38,312 nt of DNA from an uncultured bacterium (GCA_965602825.1 CBFDAZ010000003.1:1-38312), one strand, 5' to 3'. Positions 1 through 9,568 are shown, counted from the first letter of the stretch. A program made the numbers and translations. Notes: a model not told the origin generated them from the sequence alone.

Positions 1-1
1 G

Positions 2-196
2 ACCCTCGAGGCCCAGGCCGCCGGCAAGTCCTTCGCCGAGAGTCTCTTCGACTCCGAGGAGCTGCAGCCGTACATCAGCCGGTTCACGGACAAGCAGCGG
101 GATCTGCTCCGGCACGTGGAGCGCTATACCGGGATCGCAGCGGAGAAGACGGAGCGCGTCTGCGGGATCTGGAAGGAGCGGCTGTGGCCCTCCTGA
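2..196 (+). CDS. 3' end of a gene entering from the left edge; probably adenylosuccinate lyase (fumarase/lyase superfamily) C-terminus
   Basis: Frame 2 is open from the edge to TGA at 194-196 and reads TLEAQAAGKSFAESLFDSEELQPYISRFTDKQRDLLRHVERYTGIAAEKTERVCGIWKERLWPS. The 'YTGIA' segment resembles the PurB C-terminal YxG-A motif. Only 64 codons are visible. Confidence 0.5.
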   Translation, partial: TLEAQAAGKSFAESLFDSEELQPYISRFTDKQRDLLRHVERYTGIAAEKTERVCGIWKERLWPS

Positions 197-238
197 GGAA
201 CCGAGAGGGCTGGGCAGAGAGCGGGTTGAGAGATCGAA

Positions 239-266
239 ACGGGGCTCCCTCGCTGGGGAGCCCCGT
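239..266. terminator. GC-rich hairpin between convergent genes, likely terminator
   Basis: Perfect 11-bp stem ACGGGGCTCCC (239-249) / GGGAGCCCCGT (256-266) with a 6-nt loop. It lies between convergent stop codons and has only a weak U-tract on the minus strand. Confidence 0.65.
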
Positions 267-291
267 ACTGCATTCTGGTGCGGGGCGCCGC

Positions 292-1074
292 TCAGCTCTC
301 GATGATACACCCTAGATGCGCGACGGTGTCGTGGACGAGTTGCTCGGGAAACTGCGGGTACGGCGGGAGCTCCGCCGTCAGATAGTCGTTGTAGCCGACG
401 CCCCGAAGCGCATTGACGAAGCGCGGGAAATCAACATCGCCGGACAGCACCGGGACGAACTGGCGCTGGCCCACATTGAAGTCCTTGATGTGGACCTTCT
501 TGATGCGCGAGCCCAGGGTCTCGACCCAATGGTGTGGGAAGCCATAGAGCAGAATGTTGCCCACGTCGAAGTAGGCCTGAACCAGTTCGTGATCGAACGA
601 GTCGATGTACTCCCGCATCTCCATCGGGCTCAGGAGGAACTTGTTCCACACGTTCTCCAGGGCCATGGTAACACCGAGCTCCTCGGCGGCGGGCAGCAGC
701 TCGTGGACGCTTTTCTGGGACAGGTCGAACACAACCTCGTACGAGTCGTCAGCGGTCACCACACCCGGAACCACCAGCACCGTGTCTGCGCCCGACCACG
801 AAGCGACGCGCAGGGCGTGTCTGATGCCCTCAACACCCCTGAGCCGGACCTCCTCATCGGTGCTGGATAACGGAAGCTTCCAATGCGTTCCGCCCATGAC
901 GCTGTGGATCTCGACCCCCACGTCCTCGGCGATCGCCCTGACTTCCTCGGTCTGCTCGCGGCTCTCGAAAGAGGGTATCTCTACCCCGTCCAGTCCTGCC
1001 TCTTTCGCGAGCTCCAGCTTGGCTCTGGGCGGCAGCTTCGGCGGAAGCGAGCCGTAGCACATGCCCTTTTTCAC
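292..1074 (-). CDS. sugar phosphate isomerase/epimerase (AP endonuclease 2 / xylose isomerase-like TIM barrel; hexulose/ribulose-phosphate epimerase-like)
   Basis: Motifs GLDGVEI, ALENVWN, YFDVGN, VHIKD, GDVDF and LTAE supply the family metal-binding E/D/H/E residues. GTG start with a G-rich RBS. Confidence 0.88.
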   Translation of the reverse strand: MKKGMCYGSLPPKLPPRAKLELAKEAGLDGVEIPSFESREQTEEVRAIAEDVGVEIHSVMGGTHWKLPLSSTDEEVRLRGVEGIRHALRVASWSGADTVLVVPGVVTADDSYEVVFDLSQKSVHELLPAAEELGVTMALENVWNKFLLSPMEMREYIDSFDHELVQAYFDVGNILLYGFPHHWVETLGSRIKKVHIKDFNVGQRQFVPVLSGDVDFPRFVNALRGVGYNDYLTAELPPYPQFPEQLVHDTVAHLGCIIES

Positions 1075-1185
1075 ATCAGGCCCCCCTTGGTTTGCTCTCG
1101 GCGTGCGTGCTCGGACGACGCGCCATTCGCCGCCGAGCAGTGTTGACCTCCTGGTGCCCGGCAGTTGGCTCCGGCAGCGCGTCCG

Positions 1186-1674
1186 TCACAGATTACGTAC
1201 CATCCGCAAGCGTCGCGTCTCGTAGCCGGCCCGCTCGTAGAGCGCTACGGCCTGCTCGTTCTCTACCGTCGCATCGAGTTCGATTGACGTAGCGCCTCGC
1301 TCGCGGCACCAGGTCTCCGCCAGCCTCAGGAGCTCTCGGCCCCAACCCTTCCGGCGCAGGTCGGCGTCCACATAGATGTTCTTGATGTAGCCGACGCACG
1401 GGTTGACCATGGTCGAGATCAGCCCGACCCACAAGAACGCCCGCGGCCGCCCGTCCTCATCAAGGACGAAGAGGCCTTCGTTCCACTGCCTGGCTGCGCG
1501 ACGCAGTTGCCTGCGGTAGTCTCGCAGGAAGCTCTCGGTCACCTTGAAACCGGCGAAGTTCGTCTCGTAGATCTCCACCTGGAAGCGCAGGACGTCCTCC
1601 ACGTCACGCCCGAAGCTGAACTTGCGGACAGTGAGGATCGGCAGGGCCTCCTGCCGAGCGCGTTCGGCAGCCAA
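1186..1674 (-). CDS. GNAT family N-acetyltransferase
   Basis: Acetyl-CoA motif A 'IYVDADLRRKGWGRELL' and motif B 'NEQAVALYERAGY'. Confidence 0.88.
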   Translation of the reverse strand: MAAERARQEALPILTVRKFSFGRDVEDVLRFQVEIYETNFAGFKVTESFLRDYRRQLRRAARQWNEGLFVLDEDGRPRAFLWVGLISTMVNPCVGYIKNIYVDADLRRKGWGRELLRLAETWCRERGATSIELDATVENEQAVALYERAGYETRRLRMVRNL

Positions 1675-1683
1675 TGGAGTGGG

Positions 1684-2019
1684 TCACTTCCCTTCATCAA
1701 TCAACTGCACATGCTCCTCAACGACATTGCGGGGACAGAGCGGGACGAACGCGCGCAGAGCCAACACGATGAGGGCCACATCGTCGATGTAGCCGACGCC
1801 CGGGAGGCTGAAGTCCGGCAAGAGGTCGATGGGCGACAGAGCGTACGCGATTGCCCCCACCACCAGCGCCTTCGGGAAGAGCGGCACGCGCTTGTCCTTG
1901 AACAACCGCACATACAACGTCACGAAGTTCGGCAGGTGAGCCAGCGTCCGGAACGGGATCGTCGGGTCGGGTGGCCGCTCCGGGTCAGGCTTCTTACCGA
2001 AGATCTGTGCCAGCCGCAC
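1684..2019 (-). CDS. DUF1232 (YkvA-like) small membrane protein
   Basis: 'YALSPIDLLPDFSLPGVGYIDD' signature. Start placed at GTG 2019 because the longer ORF start would overlap the true end of the upstream lipoprotein. Confidence 0.85.
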   Translation of the reverse strand: MRLAQIFGKKPDPERPPDPTIPFRTLAHLPNFVTLYVRLFKDKRVPLFPKALVVGAIAYALSPIDLLPDFSLPGVGYIDDVALIVLALRAFVPLCPRNVVEEHVQLIDEGK

Positions 2020-2059
2020 GAAGTGCCTCTTTCTCGCCGGCCGAGCGGCTCTGCCGCCG

Positions 2060-3144
2060 TCACTCGGCCTCCGCCGAGAGAATGCCGGCGATCTCCTCAA
2101 CACTCAGATCGGCAAGGTCCTCACGCTCCTGCAGCTCCGGAAGCCGCTTCGCCGCTCGCGTGGCCCGGGCCAGACTGGGCTCCGGCTGCAGGAGTTCCAA
2201 CGCTCGCATGACGGCCTCGCCTCCGCCTTCTCCGGGCCAACAACTCCCTCCAACCTGGTAGCCACAATGACCAGCTCGCCGTATAGATGCAGATCGACCG
2301 TCGCCTTCTCGCGGTCTTCCACCACCGGATTGGGCACAAGACCCCGCTGCACGATGTTTGCCATCGTGTCGGGAGTGACATCCGTGCCATGGTGAGCATT
2401 CAGCCGCGCCACGATGTCCTCGATCATCGACACCTCAGGGAGCTCTGAGACAGCGGTGAACCTCCGAGGACCCTCCATCAACGTCTCCGGCGTGAAGACC
2501 CAGCGAGCCGTAGAATCATCCGCCTGCTCACCGTTAGTCTCCGTCAGCCGGCCCGGCATGTGAGCGTAGAGAGCCGGCTGGACCTGCGCCATCAACTGCC
2601 CAACGTCGAGGTCGCCCATGGCCGGCAGCATCCCACCAAACTGGCCCTCCAGACCCTCCAGTGCCTCCTTCAGATCCCCCGGGGGCTTCGCCTCGGTCTC
2701 CGCCGGACCCTCGATGCCCAGGGCGGTAAACGCCATGGAGGCGGGGCTGTTCCCCTGGGCTTCACCGAAGGAGCCGAATGGGTCGGCGATTCGAGGGTCA
2801 ATGACAAGATCGTACGTTGTGCTGAGCAGCCTATCGGCTTTGGAGAGCTGGCAGACCGCTTGCGACGGATTCATCGGGCCGGACAGGCGCAACTCCCAAA
2901 CGTGTTCGAGGCCCTCGTCACGTTCGGTGAAGGCCACACCAGGTGGAAGCGGCCCTTCCGCGGGCTTCTGGCCACCCATGGCGCCAGCCAGCATCGCCGC
3001 CAACGGCGCCGGGAGCCTGAAGGTGAAGGCCATCTCTGTGTCGGCCTGTGGAAGGACGTACACGTGTGTCTCCATTTTCGCGCAGCCGGCCCCCAGCGTC
3101 AGGCCGGCGGCAATGAGCGCCAGCCACGAGATCCGGCTTCGCAT
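2060..3144 (-). pseudogene. LppM/DUF3153-like lipoprotein with an apparent frameshift near 2214-2223
   Basis: Lipobox LTLGAG-C follows MRSRISWL (ATG 3144). 'HMPGRLTETNG...STARW' resembles the LppM C-terminal motif. After 'GPEKAE' a protein-like continuation (EAVMRALELLQPEPSLARA...ILSAEAE*) lies in another frame ending at 2060. This may be a sequencing indel. Confidence 0.6.
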
Positions 3145-3217
3145 CAGCTTTGCGTGATCTCCTCCCATCGTCTGCCGCCCCAATCCGCGCCCTGCCACCC
3201 GGACGGGTGCGCCGGCG

Positions 3218-4285
3218 CTAGCTGTACTCGCCATACTCCTCAATCGCATCAAACAGCGCCTGCACGTTGGCCCAGGGAACGTCGGGCTCCAACACGTGCG
3301 TCGGCGCTATGAGCAGCCCACCGTCGTGGCCGACGTTCTCGATGGTCCATTTGACCGCCCGGCGCACGTCCGCGGGGCTGCCGAAGGGCATCGTCGTCTG
3401 CGTCCCGATGCAGCCCCAGAAGGCCAGATCGCGCCCATACTCACGCTTCAGCGCGGCGGGATCCATGCACTCCGGCTGGACGGGGTTCAGGATGTCCAAC
3501 CCGATCTCGATCAATTCGGGGATGATGTCCTCGATGTTACCATCGCTATGGTACATGATCCGGAGGTCGGGCTTCACCTTCTTGGCTTCCGCGTAGACAT
3601 GCGCCCAGCCAGGCTTCAGCCACTCCCTCCACGTGTCAGGGCTCATCATCATCTTGTGCTGCATTCCCACATCGTCGCCGGTCAAGATGCCGTCGCAACC
3701 TGCTTCCGCGTACCGCTTCGCCATGAAGGCACGATCTTCGGTGAGCTGGTCGAGCACGTACGCGGCCTGGTCCGGCGCCTGCAGGAAGTCCGAGAGCAGC
3801 TTCTCCATGCTGACGATCTGCCATGCATTCTCGTAGATGTGCCCCACACCGCCCTGCACGTAATAGCCCTGAGCCTGCAGCCCCTCGACAGAGGCCTCAA
3901 GGTGCTCGTGCCGGTAGACAGGTGTGAAGTCAGGCCAGGGATAGCTCTTCAGTTCGTCAAGGGTGGTCGCGTCTTTGAGCGGGTGCCGAAGGCGGGTGAA
4001 GTGGTGGAAGGTGCCTGGAACGCGCGCCGTTCCATACTCGCTCACGCTCGTTCCCTCAGGCAGGCCGCCGGGGTAGTAGGCCGAGAAGTCCGGGATCTCA
4101 CGAGGCCCCTGGAAGCCGACTCCGCGGACCTCGAATCCGAAGTACGCCGCCGGATCGGTCGCACCTGTCGCCTGCTCGAACTTCTCCCTGATCGCTGGTG
4201 TGAAGCCGGCGGTCTTGGGCACCTTGTCCGGGACGCGCCGGCCCATCGCCGCCAGCACGCGCTCCCGGGGGCTCATGGCCTCCAT
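3218..4285 (-). CDS. uroporphyrinogen decarboxylase (URO-D)/MtaA-CmuA superfamily protein
   Basis: N-terminal 'MSPRERVLAAM..RVPDKVP', then GDDVG, YHSDG, ILNPVQ, FWGCI-TQ and APTH motifs. Confidence 0.9.
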   Translation of the reverse strand: MEAMSPRERVLAAMGRRVPDKVPKTAGFTPAIREKFEQATGATDPAAYFGFEVRGVGFQGPREIPDFSAYYPGGLPEGTSVSEYGTARVPGTFHHFTRLRHPLKDATTLDELKSYPWPDFTPVYRHEHLEASVEGLQAQGYYVQGGVGHIYENAWQIVSMEKLLSDFLQAPDQAAYVLDQLTEDRAFMAKRYAEAGCDGILTGDDVGMQHKMMMSPDTWREWLKPGWAHVYAEAKKVKPDLRIMYHSDGNIEDIIPELIEIGLDILNPVQPECMDPAALKREYGRDLAFWGCIGTQTTMPFGSPADVRRAVKWTIENVGHDGGLLIAPTHVLEPDVPWANVQALFDAIEEYGEYS

Positions 4286-4404
4286 AGGCTGACACCCTCA
4301 CTCCTCTTCGGATGGACTCCGGCTGCCGGCGTCTTCGCCGGCAACCGCAGCGCTGCCTGCAAGTTCCCGGGAGGAACGACGGCTGCCACCTACCCTCGAT
4401 CGTG

Positions 4405-5487
4405 TCAGTGGCTGAAGCGGATCAACAGAACGTCTCCGTCCTGCACCTGGTAGTCCTTGCCCTCCAGCCGCGCCTTCCCTTGTCTGCGGCACTCGGCCGG
4501 TGTCCCGCAGGCCCGCAGGTCCTCAAACGAGACCGTCTCGGCCTTGATGAAGCCCTTGGCCATGTCGGTATGGACCTTGCCCGCCGCCTCCAGGGCGGTC
4601 GCCCCCTGCGCGATCGTCCAGGCGCGGACCTCGTTCTCGTTGGCGGTGAAGAACGTCACGAGGCCAAGCAGGTCAAAGCAGGCCCGCAGGAACGTCTCCC
4701 GCGCCGGGCTCTCGATCCCGTAGTCACTCAGGAAGCCCTGCTGTTCGTCGGGCGGCAGCTCCTGGATCTCGCTCTCCAACTCGGCACAGAAGGCCATGGC
4801 CGGCATCTGCATCGCCCGGCAAGCCTGCCCCAGAACCTGCAGTTGCCCTCCCTCCTCCAGGAGCCCTCCGGCAACCTGATCCTCGCCGACATTCGCCACA
4901 CCAAGCATCGGCTTCATCGTCAGGAAGGCGAAGCCCCTGAGCGCCTTCTCCTCATCGTCGGAGAGCTCGAGAGCGCTGAGTAGTCCGCCGGCCTCGAGTT
5001 GCTCGCGACAGCGGGTGAGCAGTTCGTGTTCCGCCTCGGTGTCCTTCTTGCCACTGCGGAGGTCCTTCTCCAGTCGGTCGAGCCGTCGTTCGAGGATCGC
5101 GAGGTCGGTCAGAGCCAGCTCCAGGACGAGCGACTCGAGGTCACCCCCGGCAGCCGCTCCTCCGTCGTCAGCGGTCAGGTCGAAGCACCGTATCACCAGG
5201 GCGAAGGCGTCCGCATCCTCCAGCAGAGCCGTGAGGCTCTCAGCCCGCTTTGCGTCCGCTCGACCCTTCTGCAGGGCGACCGTATCCACGAATGTGATCT
5301 CGGCCGGCGTCGTCTTCTTCGGCTGGTAGACTTGAGCGATGAAGTCCAGTCGTTCGTCCGGGAGCTTCACCGCCGCCGTCTGGGCCTCCCCGTGAGTATC
5401 GCGGGCCGCCAGATCCGTCCTCCCCGCCAGCACGCGGAACACGGTCGTCTTCCCTGACAACGGCAGGCCGAAGATCCCGACTTTCAC
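4405..5487 (-). CDS. ychF: YchF/Ola1-family ATPase (divergent), with C-terminal TGS/DUF933 domain
   Basis: P-loop GLPLSGKTT, LTMKP, FFTA, AAGKVHTDMAKGFIKAE and LEGKDYQVQDGD. Confidence 0.85.
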   Translation of the reverse strand: MKVGIFGLPLSGKTTVFRVLAGRTDLAARDTHGEAQTAAVKLPDERLDFIAQVYQPKKTTPAEITFVDTVALQKGRADAKRAESLTALLEDADAFALVIRCFDLTADDGGAAAGGDLESLVLELALTDLAILERRLDRLEKDLRSGKKDTEAEHELLTRCREQLEAGGLLSALELSDDEEKALRGFAFLTMKPMLGVANVGEDQVAGGLLEEGGQLQVLGQACRAMQMPAMAFCAELESEIQELPPDEQQGFLSDYGIESPARETFLRACFDLLGLVTFFTANENEVRAWTIAQGATALEAAGKVHTDMAKGFIKAETVSFEDLRACGTPAECRRQGKARLEGKDYQVQDGDVLLIRFSH

Positions 5488-5499
5488 CAGCAGGTCCCC

Positions 5500-7068
5500 C
5501 TACGCTTGGCGCGCCGAGCAGACGGCCGTCGCATCCAATGTCCTCCGCCAAGGCATATCGTCTGGCGCGTGGAGCGGCCCGTCGAGGTCGATGCCCTTGG
5601 CGCGTAATGCTCGTTTCATCGCGGAATAGCCTCCGCCCTCTTCGGCCGCTGCCACCAGCACGGGCCCGATCTCTCGTCCGCCCCGAGCCAACGCCGCCTG
5701 GACGGCAGCCCAGCGGGCCGAGTCGGCTCGCACCTTGACCTTGGTTCGGGCGCGATGGGTGCTGGCGACCCGGTCAAGACCCTCGCGGACGGCCCGGGCG
5801 CCCGGGAACGTCTCACCTTCGAACGGCGTCCACGGCTTCGGGATGAACGGAGAGAGAGTCACACCGACACGCAGCCCCGGGAACTGCGCCACATACGATT
5901 CCACCATGCCGACAGCGGCCTCGGCGTCCTCTGCTGTCTCGCCGGGGAGGCTGGTCATGAAGTACAGGCGGACATCCCTCAGCCCGGCCCGTTCGGCGGC
6001 GGCGACGGCTGCGAGCAGTTGCTCGTCGCCGATCGGTTTGCCGATGGCCCGTCGAAGTGGCTCTGATCCGGCCTCCGGCGCAACCGTGATCGTCTCCTGC
6101 CCTCCCAGCCGCAAGGCCTGCAGAAGCGGTGGCGTGATCTTGTCGGCCCGCAGCGAGGCGAGAGAGACCTCCGCTCCCATGCCAACGAACTCCTCCACAA
6201 GGTCGCCCAACTGCGGATAGCCCGACAGCGACGCGCCGATCAGGCCGATGTGGCGGGTTGCGGGTAGGGCTTGGCGCGCCGCGGCTGTCAGCGCCTCGCG
6301 GGTCGCGTACCGGACCGGCCGGTAGATCGAGCGTGATAGGCAATACCGACATCCGCCGGGGCAGCCCCTCCCCACCTCGAGGAGGAACCGGTTCGGGAAG
6401 GTGGAGTGCGGCGAGAGCACGAGTGAGGACCGGGGCCTGTCAGCAACCCCATCCCACACGAGACGCTCGACCGGCTTCTTCGGCGCGCGACTCGGGACGT
6501 ACACACCCGGCACCCCGGTCAGCGCATCCAGGCAAGCCTCCCGGTCACGCGCGCTGTACCTCCCGAACTCGGCGACGACTTCCGCGAGTCTCTCCGCGAT
6601 CGGCTCGAGCTCACCGATGACGAAGGCATCCACGACCTCCGCCAGGGGCTCGGGGTTCATGGTCACCGAGGCTCCGCCAGCGATGACGAAGGGACAGTCC
6701 TCTCCCCTGTCCCTCGACCACACGGGCAGGCCGCCCTCGCTCAGCATCGCCGGGACGTTGAGCCACTCAAGCTCAAAGGGGAGGGATAAGCCAATCAAGT
6801 CGTAAGCGCGCAGGTCTACCTTCGGCAGCAGCGCCGGGCCGTCCGGGGCCTCGGAGAAGGCGCGGTCGCACTCCAGCAGGCCCGTGTCGCGCAGGCTCTC
6901 CCAGACGGACTGCAGGCTCAAGCCCCCCATCGCTACGGCATAGGGGGACGGCGAGGCGAGTAGAGCTTTCGCGGGCAGAGCGCCTGGCTGTGACGGCCCA
7001 GAGCGCAGGAGCCGCTCCGAGGCCAGGAGGTCGGCAATCGAGGGTACGGGGGCCTGGCGGCGCTTCAT
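5500..7068 (-). CDS. radical SAM protein with B12-binding-like N-terminal domain
   Basis: CxxxCxxC in 'EVGRGCPGGCRYC', plus GGASVTMNPEP, SLRAD, TVAPEAGSEPLR, LYFM and FIPKPWTPF. Start at ATG 7068, 7 nt after a -10 box. Confidence 0.88.
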   Translation of the reverse strand: MKRRQAPVPSIADLLASERLLRSGPSQPGALPAKALLASPSPYAVAMGGLSLQSVWESLRDTGLLECDRAFSEAPDGPALLPKVDLRAYDLIGLSLPFELEWLNVPAMLSEGGLPVWSRDRGEDCPFVIAGGASVTMNPEPLAEVVDAFVIGELEPIAERLAEVVAEFGRYSARDREACLDALTGVPGVYVPSRAPKKPVERLVWDGVADRPRSSLVLSPHSTFPNRFLLEVGRGCPGGCRYCLSRSIYRPVRYATREALTAAARQALPATRHIGLIGASLSGYPQLGDLVEEFVGMGAEVSLASLRADKITPPLLQALRLGGQETITVAPEAGSEPLRRAIGKPIGDEQLLAAVAAAERAGLRDVRLYFMTSLPGETAEDAEAAVGMVESYVAQFPGLRVGVTLSPFIPKPWTPFEGETFPGARAVREGLDRVASTHRARTKVKVRADSARWAAVQAALARGGREIGPVLVAAAEEGGGYSAMKRALRAKGIDLDGPLHAPDDMPWRRTLDATAVCSARQA

Positions 7069-7075
7069 CGGGCGA

Positions 7076-7104
7076 AGTCTAACACAGCCGAGATTGGGGT
7101 GCAA
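7076..7104 (-). promoter_or_regulatory. sigma70-type promoter for the radical SAM gene (leaderless geometry)
   Basis: Minus strand reads TTGCAC-17 nt-TAGACT with an extended TGn, followed by 7 nt and then ATG. Confidence 0.6.
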
Positions 7105-7159
7105 CGCCTGCAGCGGGCAGCAGGGGCTGCGGGTCCGGGACCGACGGCGCTGTAGGCGC

Positions 7160-8059
7160 CTACGCAGGTGCACCGGTCGGGAGCGGGCCGGGCGCCTTCG
7201 ACCTCTCAGAACCCCTGGCCGCCGGGTATCGCTCGTCCAGCCATACCAGAGAGGCGTCCAGCACCTGCCTCTCCCACATCAGCGAATAGAAGGAGTGATT
7301 GGCACCATCGATGATCTGGTGCTGGAACGTGCGACCAGCCTGCTTCGACAGGGCCTCATAATGGGCGACGCAATCCGCCGTGGTCGGATCGTTGCTGCCG
7401 TAGATGTAGAGAATGTCGCCGCGGAACTCGATGACCCGCCACCGCCAGTCGATGTTCTTGTCTTCATCGGTGCTCTCTTCGCCTTCCCCTTTGCCCCCGC
7501 GGGCGAGCGCGCGGCCGATCATGGTGAAGTTCAGCCCGCCCGACACCAGCTTCGCCCACGTCTGTCGCCGGAACAGCTTGGCCCCGTATTCCCTGAAGAT
7601 GGCGAGGCGCTTCGCGCGGTCAGCACTGGCGCGATCTGCCGCAACCTGGGGCACCGACCAGAGCACCATAGAGTCGGCCTCCGGAATCAATGGCCCCGCA
7701 CCCACCGCCACCTCACCACCCGAGCAGACACCAACCAGAGCGACCTTCGCCACACCGGCTCGGCCACACAGCACCCGGGCGGCAGCCTGTGCGTCGCTGA
7801 TCATCGTCGACAGGGACGCCCCCATTGCGTCGCCCTCGGAGTCCCCGCGACCACGGAAATCGAAGGCCAGCGAAGGGAAGCCCATGGCACACGCCCGGCG
7901 CGCCATCTTGGTGAACATCTGGTGCGGCCCGATCCGGTAACCGGCCCAGCCGTGCAGGAAGAGCAGGCCAGTGTCCCTCGCCGACTCTCGGTCGCCCGGA
8001 GCGTACAGCACACCCAGGAGCGTCTGGTCGTTGTTGACAAAGCGAACGTGTTCTTCCAT
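7160..8059 (-). CDS. alpha/beta fold hydrolase with Cys nucleophile elbow (exosortase-associated hydrolase 1-like)
   Basis: LHGW, FDFRGRGDSEG, elbow GVCSGG, YGSND and GANHSF. Start is ATG 8059 or GTG 8074. Confidence 0.82.
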   Translation of the reverse strand: MEEHVRFVNNDQTLLGVLYAPGDRESARDTGLLFLHGWAGYRIGPHQMFTKMARRACAMGFPSLAFDFRGRGDSEGDAMGASLSTMISDAQAAARVLCGRAGVAKVALVGVCSGGEVAVGAGPLIPEADSMVLWSVPQVAADRASADRAKRLAIFREYGAKLFRRQTWAKLVSGGLNFTMIGRALARGGKGEGEESTDEDKNIDWRWRVIEFRGDILYIYGSNDPTTADCVAHYEALSKQAGRTFQHQIIDGANHSFYSLMWERQVLDASLVWLDERYPAARGSERSKAPGPLPTGAPA

Positions 8060-8227
8060 TGCTTCAGTGGTCACCCAATACTACGTAACGTGCGAAGAGT
8101 GGGTTGGGTTGCGCGGCTGCGCGGGGACACACCCAGTTGGTGGCGGGCCGCTGGGAGCCCGTGGGAACGGCACGTCATCCCGGCCAAGGTGACGCAGCCG
8201 GAAGCGGAAGCGGCAGTGGTCCTCGGC

Positions 8228-9568
8228 TTACTCGGACATGCCAGCCGCCTGCCGGATCGGCAGCGTCAGAGTGAAGCAGCTTCCCTTGCCGATCTCGCTG
8301 GTGGCTGAGACTCTGCCGCCGTGGATGTCCACGACCTCCTTGACGATCCGTGTGCCCAGCCCCATCCCGCCGCTCTTGGTGCTGACGACATCGCCGGTAA
8401 AGAGCTGGTTGAGCACATCAGGCGGGATCCCGTTGCCGGTATCCTCCACCTGGACCCGCACGCAGCGCCCGTCCGGGAAGCGGCCCTGTCGCTCGGCCTC
8501 CACGCACACCGTGATCCGCCCGCCGCTGGGGGTCTCAGGAATGGCGTTCATCACCAGGTTGTAGATCGCGTTGAAAATGCGAGAGCCGTCGGCCCACACG
8601 TCCGGGCAGGCGCTGGCCTCCTCGAACGTAAGACTGACTCCCTCCTCCTCGGCGCAGGGCTTCAGCACACTGACGACCTCGCGGCCAACGTCGCCGATCT
8701 GGGTCGCGGCCATCTGCGGCGGGGTCATGTTCCCCCGGATGCAGTCCGCCATCTGGCGCGTGCGCTCGCGGACCCGGTCGGCCGATCGCGACAACACCTC
8801 AATCGCCTGGAGGCAGCGTGCCTTGGCCTCACCGGCTTGCTGCGCCAGATCAGCCACCGAGAGGTCGGCCTGGTCCGCCCCGGAGGCCGCTTTCTCGAGC
8901 TGGTCGAAGTGCTTCGCCAGGATCGCCTCCAGTGCACCGGCACTGGTCACCACCGGGGCGATCATGTTCTTCACGTCGTGGCCCACGTTCGCCAGCAGGC
9001 GAGCCACAGCGCCGAGTCGTGCGGACTTGTGCAGGCGGGCATTCTCGATGATGGTGGCCGCCTGAGTCGCCACGATGGTGAGTAGCTCGAGATCTTCTCG
9101 CTGGAACGTGCCTTCGCGCTTGTTGATCGCCTGCAAAGCGCCGAGCGTGCGGCCCCCGAGGGTTCTCAGGGGCACCGTGATCATCGTGAGCGACGGATAG
9201 CCTGTCTCGTCGGGGATCTCCCGGTAGTGCTCCTTCTCGTGGACAACGTCGTTGTCGAGGGAGGGTTTGCCGGTGTGGAAGACGCGTCCGGCGATCCCCT
9301 TGTCGCAGGGCATTGACCGGCCCAGCAGTTTCTGAGAGATCGGGCCGACGACGTACTCGAAGACGAGGGTATCGTTCGCGGGAGAGTGGAGGAGTATGGA
9401 TCCCGACTCGGCACAGACAGTCTCGAGGCTGGCCTCCAGGGCCGAGGCCACCACTTCCGTATACTCCGTCTTGCCACAAAGCACTTCGGTGATGTCGAGT
9501 ATCGCCGATACCCGACGATCTCTGGGCTCGGAGCTATCCCCCTCTTCCGAAGACTTGATCGTGGCCAT
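8228..9568 (-). CDS. cytoplasmic GAF-domain sensor histidine kinase
   Basis: GAF motifs (GIAGRV, TVPL, QAINKREGTF), H-box HDVKN, N-box NLVMNA, G1 DTGNGI and G2 GMGLG. No transmembrane segment is apparent. Confidence 0.92.
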   Translation of the reverse strand: MATIKSSEEGDSSEPRDRRVSAILDITEVLCGKTEYTEVVASALEASLETVCAESGSILLHSPANDTLVFEYVVGPISQKLLGRSMPCDKGIAGRVFHTGKPSLDNDVVHEKEHYREIPDETGYPSLTMITVPLRTLGGRTLGALQAINKREGTFQREDLELLTIVATQAATIIENARLHKSARLGAVARLLANVGHDVKNMIAPVVTSAGALEAILAKHFDQLEKAASGADQADLSVADLAQQAGEAKARCLQAIEVLSRSADRVRERTRQMADCIRGNMTPPQMAATQIGDVGREVVSVLKPCAEEEGVSLTFEEASACPDVWADGSRIFNAIYNLVMNAIPETPSGGRITVCVEAERQGRFPDGRCVRVQVEDTGNGIPPDVLNQLFTGDVVSTKSGGMGLGTRIVKEVVDIHGGRVSATSEIGKGSCFTLTLPIRQAAGMSE

